This document shows positions 11,001 through 21,221 of a DNA stretch of 64,000 nucleotides, one piece after another (positions within the stretch are counted from its first letter, which is position 1; each line of letters starts with the position of its first letter). The stretch comes from Octopus bimaculoides (Eukaryota), in the NCBI RefSeq assembly GCF_001194135.2, contig NC_068985.1:21591537-21655536 (forward strand), in the 5' to 3' direction. Under the pieces are notes generated by a model. The model had not been told where the DNA came from and did not search any database. It saw only the letters and a program-made list of their open reading frames with translations. Position numbers and translations under genes: made by a program.

Positions 11001-13393
11001 AAAAAAAAAAACATTTTAAAATTTCAATTCCCCCCTCCATCCTCAAGCAAGCTATTTACATGCTAGAGATAACAGCCGAAAAGGGTTTTGTTGAGAAGTG
11101 TGTTCGGAGATANNNNNNNNNNNNNNNNNNNNNNNNNNNNNNNNNNNNNNNNNNNNNNNNNNNNNNNNNNNNNNNNNNNNNNNNNNNNNNNNNNNNNNNN
11201 NNNNNNNNNNNNNNNNNNNNNNNNNNNNNNNNNNNNNNNNNNNNNNNNNNNNNNNNNNNNNNNNNNNNNNNNNNNNNNNNNNNNNNNNNNNNNNNNNNNN
11301 NNNNNNNNNNNNNNNNNNNNNNNNNNNNNNNNNNNNNNNNNNNNNNNNNNNNNNNNNNNNNNNNNNNNNNNNNNNNNNNNNNNNNNNNNNNNNNNNNNNN
11401 NNNNNNNNNNNNNNNNNNNNNNNNNNNNNNNNNNNNNNNNNNNNNNNNNNNNNNNNNNNNNNNNNNNNNNNNNNNNNNNNNNNNNNNNNNNNNNNNNNNN
11501 NNNNNNNNNNNNNNNNNNNNNNNNNNNNNNNNNNNNNNNNNNNNNNNNNNNNNNNNNNNNNNNNNNNNNNNNNNNNNNNNNNNNNNNNNNNNNNNNNNNN
11601 NNNNNNNNNNNNNNNNNNNNNNNNNNNNNNNNNNNNNNNNNNNNNNNNNNNNNNTCCATTAAAGAAAAAAAAAATTTAAGGGGGGGAAAGGGTTCCGGTT
11701 ACATACCTCCATCTGGACCTTTAAATGTTTAAACGTGACTATCTTATAAATAAGTTTTGCTTTCATATTTTCGTACTAGTGATAAATTATTTCGATATTG
11801 CATTATGGAGGGGAATGATTTTTTTCATTATTAAATTGATAATTCAGTTGGACCTTTTTATAACTCATTCGGGCATAACCCTTTGTTGATTTACCTCATT
11901 GGGCATTCTGCCATTTTAGATTGATAGATACAATTTGAGGGAGGTTTTTGGCTGCTACTTTTATAAAGTAGAGTGACTGTGCAGTGATTCCATTGGGCTC
12001 GATTTCGTTGCGGTGTTGCTTAATACGTGCCTAATTCATCCTTGTGATGAATTTGGCTGTCGTGGTTCCTTGCGTGTCGGTCCGTAATGCCATTGGCTCG
12101 AGGGGTATCGGAAATAAGCCTTTGGCTGCGATATCAGTTCGGTTTGGCCGTGTTTCGATAAAGGGTTACCGTGCAAACAAGTGGTTATCGAGTATTGCAT
12201 ATTCTGGATGCTGCAATGGAATTTCCTGTTTTGTGTGCAAGCTGGTGTCAACCTGGTCTTACAACAACACCCACTAACCAGTATTGTGAGTCTACGGTGA
12301 ATGCTAAGCTGCGCCATGAAAAGGGGTATGAGGTAATCATTATGTACTTTTCAAGTTAATAACTGTTTGTCATTGCACATTGCTCTGTTGTTTTATATTG
12401 AGTGGACATGCCATTTTAACCTTCTTGTACTTTAGCTGTTATGTAAATATCACACAAAAATATACCAAATTTTAAAGCGTTTCAGGATGTATCACAACCA
12501 GCAACTGTTCACAGAGTAATTGATTTTCAGATCATGGCCATATATTGTCTACAGTGGAAATTCCTCTAGTCCATGGGGTCACCAAACTACAGGCCACATG
12601 CCAGATCCAGCCTTCTGCCACTCTGTACCTATTGTGTAAGTGCTTGCAAAGAGAGTTCATTTGCCTCTGGTATGGCATCAGTGTTTGGAACAACTTCTGT
12701 CTAAGCAAACATTTTGAAAAGTAAAGTATGTGAAGTCAGCACATTGAACGAGGTTGACTGACAAGCATTTCCCTTGGTTGGATGCAGCAACTCCAAAGCA
12801 AATATTGATATTCTAGAAGCTAACCATGGGTTTCACAAATCTCACTAAGCTATTTTGCTGTTTAGTTTGTGAGATTCAGATATGTGTGTACTGGGTGTGA
12901 TATAGCTATCTTATTGCTATTATCGCCTTCTTCGATAACTTTTTGAGAAATAAATATTTTGGTTGTCTTTTTTTCTGTGTATTAATTGTGTTGAGCAAAA
13001 TAGTTACATGGCCCATGCTTGTTATTCCCTCTTATCTGGCCCCCTGTGTAAAAAGTTTGGTGATCCCTGCTCTAGTCAAGTGAAAATGTTAAACATTGCC
13101 TAATTTATATTATGATGGAAATACATTCTCTTGTCTTGAAACAAGATTTGAAGTATTTCTTGTGATAAAAAAACTGATTGCAATCCTGTGTAAATAAAAA
13201 AAAAAATTCTGCAGTTGCCAAAGGTACAAGCTAAAGTTTGAGAAAGTGAAATGGCTGTTGGGCTCAACAAGTTAATGCCTTCATAGATTTGATAATGAAC
13301 AGTTAAGTTGTGATTGGTTTAATGCAAGAAGCATTAAGAATTAAAAATTTTAGCACTTTGGCAAATTTAGATACAGGAAGCACTATATATATG

Positions 13394-13440
<47 letters not shown>

Positions 13441-13450
13441 NNNNNNNNNN

Positions 13451-13485
<35 letters not shown>

Positions 13486-16400
13486 TGTGTGTATGGTGAG
13501 ATTAAAGGTGACAAAATAACTTGGGTTCCTTATGCTTTATTTTAAGAAAATTTTATATATTGAATATATATTACAAAATTACTTAATGCTTCTGGTATTT
13601 TAGTCTCAACAAATGTTATGTATCTTGTAGAACCTCTTTTATGTACTATTTCAAATTGTTAATGCTTAAAATGACTTCTGTATATTTAATAAATTTTGAA
13701 TAGGACACTTATTTCTTACTCTTTTTTTCTAAAGCATGAATTTTCAAGAGCCTTAGGATGTGGCTACAAAATTTTTTGCCTTCATATTTTCGTACTAGTG
13801 ATAAATTATTTCGATATTGCATTATGGAGGGGAATGATTTTTTTCAATATTAAATTGATAAATCAGTTGGACCTTTTTATAACTCATTCGGGCATAACCC
13901 TTTGTTGATTTACCTCATTGGGCTTTCTGATACTTTTATATTTTAAATATAACTTTGACCATAGTGTCTTGATGTCTTTATAGTTGTATTGTTTCCTTGG
14001 TGTGCTAAACTAAAAGAATATTCTACATGGATTAAATTATATAAATTGCATAGCTACCTGGGCATTTAAATTTTTTTTTATGTAAAACAACAATTACAAT
14101 TTGTCAATGTGGCAGTTCATATTATGAATGCAAATACCAAGACATTTGCCTTCATTTAATTTTGAAGATAAAGAATAACTTCATTATTAAACTAATATTT
14201 GGGACATTTAACATGAAGTGGGAAGTTTGTGTCACAACTCAGGCAGGTTTGTATTAAAAGGGTTAAATTTTTAGGAAAAATAATTGTAAATAAAATTACA
14301 TTTTATAGTGTTTTTCAAATGTAAACATTGTATGTTTTCCAAGTTTTGATCCAGCAGAGTATACAATTTAATGTCTGTTGGCAGTCATTTTATCCTGAGT
14401 TCTGAAAGTTCCCAAAATTTACCCAGTTGCTGTATATGCTCTACTTCTGTGTTGGTTTCTATTTCAATTAATAATGTTTCTTTGTTTTAGGCTTCCAAAA
14501 AGACTGTTAAACCTGCCAAACCTGTAGAACCTGAAGAATCTTCAGAGGAGTCGTCTTCAGAATCAGAAATGGAAGTTGTGAGTACCTTTTTTTTTTTTTT
14601 AACACAAAACCTATCAAAGATTAGATTCGGTGTGCTTGAGTACAGATAAATCCTTGAATTAAATTTCATATTTTTATTTTAAAATAATTTCTCTCTGAAA
14701 CCTAAGAAGGTAGAATTACTTGGCAACCCAGTCCTGTCTTTTCTCCTTAAGTCATTTGCCATTTTTTAATAATAACCATAACTTATTCAATCACCTTCTG
14801 ATCAACATTGCTCCCTGTCTTTATCAACAATGTCTACTTCACTCACTTTGTCACCACTATCCACTTGCAAGAATTTGTACTTGTTCCTTCCAACTTTTTG
14901 TACATAACATAAATTGCCTCTGCATCTGTATAAACTCTGTAGATCTGTCTTGGGGTAGCTCTAAATTTAACTCACGACAGGTTGTATAGGTTGGTGGCTT
15001 GGTTGTAATTTGAGACCTGAAAAGTTTTTTTTCTTGCAGTTAGTGGATTGTTACACATGGACATGTTTACATGTGATTAAGAAGCTGGTTTCCTGACCAT
15101 GTAGCTTTTGGTTCAGTCCAACTACTTGGCACTTTTAGTACTTGTCTTCTATAGCACTGAGTTAAGTACTTTGTGAGTGGATTTGGTTGATGGAATATGG
15201 AGAAAGCTGTTCATGTATGTGAGTGCTCTTGCTTGTCATTGGTTTGAACAAGTATTGTTGGCTTTCAGTCTTTGATGTTTTGCTATGGCAAAATATTACC
15301 TTGCTTGTAATTCAATCTGATCCATGAATAAAGATGTATGCTGAAACAATTTTTTCTGATAGAAAAAATTTTTTTTTTGTTTTTAGGAAGCTCCAGTTGC
15401 TACAAAAGCTAAGAAGCAGTCAAAACAAAGCAAAGTTGCTGGTAAGATTTGATTTATATAATATTGTAATTGGTGTATAGACATGTTTTTATTGGGCTTA
15501 TGTTAGGGAATCAATTCACTCACTTCTCTGTAGTCTATCCTGGCAATGATGTTTAGGGTTTCCTGTAGGTTTTTTTTTGTTGTTTTTTTAACAAAAAAAA
15601 GCTAAATAACAGAAATATGTGAAGTGCTGTGCATTTTGTGTTTGTAATAAATGCCAGGAAGTTTGAGGTTAATCCTTTAGTGTTCAGATTACTCTGTCAA
15701 ATGTAATGCTTATTTATTCATATTGCTTTGAATTAATCTCGCATTATCCTCTGACTGAGATTTCAATGATGTGATTGCTTATTTTCATAATGACGTTGGT
15801 AAATGTGAGATACTGGATATAGTTAGTTTGAACATAGAACAAGTAGACTAATTAGGGTTGGATATGGCCAGTTTAAATGCTAAACGGTTAAATAAATGCC
15901 CATACTGGACTTGATGTACAAATTCATGAAATTTAAAAATGTTCTACCTTTAATAGCTATAATCTATTTATATCTGCTTTATTTTTGTAATAAATATTTG
16001 TTTTTGCTTTGTACAATAGCAAAGAAAAAGAAGGAAGAATCCAGTGACAGTGAAGAAGAAGAATGTAGTGAGGAAGAGGAAAGTGATAGTGAGGAGGAAG
16101 AGGAAGTAGAAGATAAGAAGAAAAAAGTAAAAAAAGAGACAGTAAAAGAGGAAAAGAAAGCAAAAAAAGAAGAAAAAGCCAAAAAGGTTGCTGAATCAGA
16201 TGATTCTGAAGAAGATTCTGATGAATCTGAAGAAGAATCAGAAGAGGATTCTAGTGAGGAAGATTCTAGTGAAGAAGGTATGCAAATCCTCAAAATATAT
16301 CTTGAATAAATTTTGTTTTGAAATGTTTTCTGATATTGACTAAAAACATCTTTTTACTTTATAGAATCAGAAGAGTCTCCTAAGCCAAAGCTCAATGGAA

Positions 16401-19400
16401 ATGCTGATGGTATTTAATTTTGGTTTTCTTTCTCAATTACCATTTTTGTACAGTTCATGTTTCCCATATGTATATAATTTAGAATTTAATATTGGTTTTA
16501 TAAACAGCTATAACCTTTTGTTGTGTTTTGGTAGTCATTACGCTAATAGTAATAACATGTACTGGTGTGTGTTATTGGCATGATAGCCGTCGCAAGGTAC
16601 AATGTGTGTATGTTATCGTTATTGGTGTAATGAGCTTCCCAAAACACGGGATTTGTTTCAAAATGTTGAGCCTCATGACAGACCTTTGGCGATATGCTGT
16701 CCTTGTGAAGACTTGTCAAGCCAAGTGAAATCATAGTCATGGCCATTGCCAGTGGTGTGTAAAAAAAAAAAAAAAACACCCATTACACTAGGAAGGGCAT
16801 CCAGGGGTAGAAGCCATGCCAAATCAGACTGGAACCTGGTAAAGCCCTCCGGTTTGCCAGCGAGGAAAGTGGCCATTAAATGATATGTGTAGTATGATTT
16901 TTTTATGGAAAACAGCTATGTACACTTTTTATTTGTGAGGTAGTTAGAAATAGAAACTTAATTACATTGTTTGTATCTGTGTAATCATTTTGTCTTCAAC
17001 AGGTTCAAAAGAAGCTAAGAAGCGTAAAACAGAGCCAGAAAATGGTAACGATGCCAAGAAAGCTAAAGTTGATGGTAAGATTTACTTTGGTTTGTGTGCA
17101 TGCTCCAAAGTTTTGTGGTTAGAAGTTCTACAGCTTCTATCAGGAAAAGCATTCTGAGACACACTTTCATATCTTAATGTAATAATGTGGCTGTTTATGA
17201 GCATACCTTGTTTCATTTATTATCCTGAACAAAAATTACTTAAGCTTGCTTCACTACTACGTGGTTCTGGGCTCAGAGCCAACCAAATCCTTGTGAGTAT
17301 TCGGTGAATGGAAGCTGAAAGCCTGTTTATATATATATATATATATGTGCGTGTGTGTATCTCCCTCCATTCCCCCCTGTTACTGCACGACAACCAGTGT
17401 TGGTGTGTTCCTGTAACTTGGCAGTTCAGCAAAAGAAACCAATAAAATAAGTACTAGCCTTTAAAGAATAAAACCTGGGGTTAGTTTATTAGACTAAAAC
17501 CCTTAAAGGTGGTGCTCCAACATGGCTGCAGTCTTATGACTGACACAAGTAAAATATTAAATTACTTAATCGGCTTTTAATGCCACATCCCAAACGAATT
17601 GATCCAGTGATCAATTATGGGATCATTTCATTCCTGCTTGGAATCACTTTGTAATTATGCTTTGAAGAATCTTGTGAATTAAAGTCTGGTATCAAACTGC
17701 ATGGTGGAGATGTATTGCTCACATTATCATCTCCAAGATCTTATCTCTTATTAAGCCCTTAGCATTCAGATGTTTGCCAAGTATGTTTATTTATTAGCAC
17801 CATTTTGAATTAATCACGTGGCTTTGAGATTTTAGGGTAGGTAGAATATTTTGGCCAGGATTTTCTAAAATAAGACTAAGCATTGCTTCTTGCTTGGAAA
17901 ATTCCTTTGTTGTCATTTCTACTTCCAAGCAAACTTCTCTTGAATTGCAGCTATGTGTGATCCAGGACAAGGTGGCAAATGTGTTTACTTGTGGTACAGG
18001 AGTTGAAATTGATAGAAATAATAAATTTGATAAATGATAAGTTACCACTGACAATATTGTTGGTTATTATGAAAGAAAGCTGATGTTGAATTTTTCAATT
18101 ATTCCTTTTCAGAGTCTGTAACAGTTATGTGCAGAAATATTCCTGAGGAAGTGACTGCTGAGGCCTTTGAGAAATTTCTTAAGAAGAAAGGAATTGAAGT
18201 CTCATCTGTTCGCAAGCGTGAGGACAGAGCGTATGTATTACAATTTCTTGTTAGCTGTTTTACATTTTATAGGCTTTTTGTTATGCATATTCACTTTGTA
18301 TTGTTTTATATTCACTCATTTATATTGCTTTCTGTTATAGATTTGCCCACATTGACTTGGCTAATCCAGATGATCTTGATAAAATTTTAGCAATGCAAAA
18401 TCTTGACTATAAAGGGTCTGCACTGACATTTGAGAAAGGTCGGCCCAAGAGACCAAAGGGAGAAAGAAACACGGGTACGTTGATTTTGTTTGTACAATAA
18501 GAACTCGAGGGAAAGAAAATCATAGATACAATGTCCTGTTGGTAGACTGAACAGTACACAACAGTTTATGCTTTTTTTCCCCAGGTGATGAATCAAACAC
18601 ACTATTTCTGAAAAATCTACCTTATGATGACTCAGAAGATAGTCTTAGAAGCAAACTGATGGAGATATTTCCTGAAGCACAAAGTGTCAGAATTCCCTAT
18701 AAAGGAGATTCACATAAGGGGTAAGATTACAATATCTTTAATTTACAGTGTGCCATTTATATAATCATTTGCTATGATTGTCTTTAGTGTTTTAAAAAAA
18801 ACAAACAAAAGTGTGCTTATTTTTTGTGCTATAGTCTGTTTTGGCCCTTTTGTTACCAAAAGCGCCAGTAGTAACCCATTCATGTTTTAATGAGAATTTC
18901 GGCATTAATCTCACTACATTCTTATGGTTTCATTTAAATACCCAACATAATGGCAGATAGTTACACTATCTGCCATTATGTTGGATATTTCAGCACTGAG
19001 TTTGAGTTCAAAGTATTTTCAAAACGAGACTGAAAATATATGGCAAAAGCCACATCTTTGGTAATGAATTGAGTATTTATATGTCCGAAAGTGAAACAAT
19101 TTGGCCAGTTCTTAGGACGGTATTAGACCTATCCAATCTAAAGAAACAAAACCATTAGAGTGTTTACTTTTTTCTTTGAATCAATTACTGCAGGAATTAT
19201 TAAACAGGGGAAAAAAAAAAAGTTGTGGCTTCCCACAATACTTAAAAGAAAGTTACATCCAAGCACTTCTAGGAGTATTGTGAATGTGTATATATAGATA
19301 TACATGCATTTGATTTATAATTGCTTTTTTTTTTTTTTTTACCTATAAGGTGCTTGACAGGGTTTGAATTGTGAATCACTATGTTTCTGTGTATAGTTTG

Positions 19401-21221
19401 TGTAGATTTATTGTTTTAAAGATGAATCTGTTTATGGTACACCTGTTTCATTGTCTTAGTGTGTTTAAAGATTAACTGTTAAATAACCCAGTAATTTGCA
19501 CAATTTGTCTTTAAACTTTTGTTGTATACTCATTGCATATTAGCTAATAACTCATTTTCTATGCTGGTGCTTAAATTTAAATAGTTTATTTTGTTAAATC
19601 AAAGTTGTTTTATTGACCCACTCTAAATTTTTCTTAGTTATTTTTGGGAAGATATTAAACTTTATTTTAAAAGTTAATTGAAACATGTAGGGTGTATTTT
19701 GGTTATCAGAAAACAGTTCTTAGTTTACTGTATTTGTTTTGGTTTCAGGTTTGCGTATGTTGAGTTTGAGAGTTCCGATAATGTAAAGGATGCACTTGAA
19801 AACAAACAGGGTGTTGAGTGCGGGGACCAACGACTGTTGTTGGATTATGCAAACAGTCCCAAGACTGATTATTCACAACAAAGAGGAAGAGGAGGCTTTA
19901 GAGATGGTAATTTTTATTTGATACTCACTTCAATTGTAATGAAATAGCATTACTTTGGTGCATTTATTAACCTTTTGTCTCTTTTTATTCAAGATGAACC
20001 AGAAGAATCCAGTGTACTTTTAGTAAGAAATCTGTCCTATGATTCAACAGAAAGCTCTTTACGGTCATATTTCAAGGATGCTACTGATATACGATTACCA
20101 TCATTTCCAGATTCTGGAAAGCCAAAAGGGTGTGTAATGACAACTTGTTCACTTTTTGCATTGTGTTGTATTGGATTTGACATTTTATTGCATATGTTCT
20201 TAGTCCATTTTTAAATATGGAACTTTCTCTTTTTTCTGTTTTAGAATTGCCTTCATTGATTTTGATTCTATTCAAAATGCAAAAAGTGCTCTGACTAAAT
20301 TTGATGGTACTAACATTGATGGCAGATCTGTACGGTGCTGTTATGCAAGAGGCAGAAATGATGGTGGTGGAGGTAGAGTAACTTTTTGTTTTGTTACTGA
20401 AGACAGGTGTGGTTGGAGTTTAAAAACTTATGCAGTAGGCATATTGGAAAGGTTTCAGAAAAGTAGATCATGGTATACTGAGTGGCAAAGTTAATTTGGG
20501 CCCAATGAAGATTTTTTTTCCCCCCTTGTATTTGCTATATTGTAGTTATTTAAATTCAGATTGTTTTTACCAAGCCACCAATGGTCTACAATTTCTTATA
20601 GTGACTTCTTACAGTTGTCACTATAACTATTTTGTTGACCATTGACCCATTAGCATTTAATGAAGCCACATTTGGCCAAAATATTATACCAGCCTCTGGT
20701 GCCTTGCCCTGTGATGTCATTATAAAACTTATCAACTACCTCAAAATATGATCTAATTAATTCAAGATAAGTGTGTATTACATTTAACAGTATGCTGAAT
20801 GCTAAAGAGTTAACGTTTGATTTTGTAAGTTCTTCGTCAGCTATTTTTCTTCACACTTAAATACAAGATGATAACACAGATTGATATGTAAATTTCTTTT
20901 CCAGGTTTTGGTGGAAGACGTGGAGGAAGTTTTGGTGGTGGACGTGGAGGAGGTTTTGGTGGTGGCCGCGGTGGCGGAGGTTTTGGTGGTAGACGTGGAG
21001 GTTTTGGTGGTGGACGTGGTGGCGGAGGTTATGGTGGTGGCCGTGGCGGTGGAGGTTATGGTGGTGGTCGAAACAGTTTTGGTGGTATGTATAACATTTT
21101 TCTATTTTGTGCTTTTAATTTACAGGTTTAAAATGGAATGTTCATTTTTCCCTTTGTCTCAACATTTTTTTTTTCTTCTCCAGGAACAGGAAGGAAAAAG
21201 ACTTTCAGTGATAGCGATTGA
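8056..21221 (+). CDS. NCL: Nucleolin-like copy A, 14 coding exons, ~523 aa
   Basis: Exons 8056-8082, 14491-14577, 15387-15441, 16020-16277, 16365-16409, 17003-17074, 18113-18230, 18341-18474, 18585-18720, 19749-19906, 19994-20129, 20245-20372, 20905-21084, 21184-21221. All GT-AG, phases consistent, 1572 nt with no internal stop. Acidic Ser/Glu tracts, bipartite NLS (KKRK...AKKAK), three RRMs (RNP1 RAFAHIDL, KGFAYVEF, KGIAFIDF), six RGG in an FGG-rich GAR domain, C-terminus GRKKTFSDSD. Confidence 0.93.
12048..12358 (+). other. Highly conserved intron-1 non-coding element, copy A
   Basis: 59/60 and 95/97 nt identity to 46420-46479 and 46607-46703; also present inverted at 42029-42339. CpG-rich against an AT-rich background. 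Confidence 0.9.
12572..13069. mobile_element. hAT (Charlie-like) MITE
   Basis: Ends CATGGGGTCACCAAACT / AGTTTGGTGATCCCTG; 8-bp TSD CTCTAGTC at 12564-12571 and 13070-13077 fits the NTCTAGAN preference. Confidence 0.85.
13389..13482. repeat. (TA)n microsatellite interrupted by a 10-N gap
   Basis: Direct reading. Other microsatellites at ~34826-34851 (CA), ~44080-44190, ~50235-50255 (GT), ~60820-60860, ~62653-62672. Confidence 0.95.
15669..15891. mobile_element. TTAA-flanked MITE (piggyBac/Kolobok-like)
   Basis: TTAA at both ends with imperfect inverted termini (TCCTTTAGTGTTCA / TAAATGCTAAACGG). Related copies near 27030-27245 and 54385-54582 (inverted). Confidence 0.5.

Larger units (their letters stand above)
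11762..13923 (+). repeat. Pair of 143-bp direct repeats (11762-11904 and 13781-13923)
   Basis: 141/143 identical by manual alignment. Confidence 0.9.

Noticed and set aside
10961-11732. ORFs of 190-230 aa spanning N runs (also 49082-49627 and 50583-51339)
   Set aside because: Artefacts of translating assembly gaps.
12043-12060. Box C-like GTGATGA at the 5' edge of the element (C/D snoRNA)
   Set aside because: Copies B and C read GCGGTGA there, and no conserved terminal box D or stem was found.
12120-12140. Resemblance of TGGCTGCGATATC and AAGCTGCGC in the conserved element to vertebrate 7SK
   Set aside because: Only short motifs match, the GATC stem motifs are missing, and internal T4 runs would end Pol III transcription.
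14578-21183. Homologs of vertebrate nucleolin-hosted snoRNAs (U20, U23, U82)
   Set aside because: No recognisable guide sequences or paralog-conserved box motifs by eye; an Infernal scan would be needed to exclude them.
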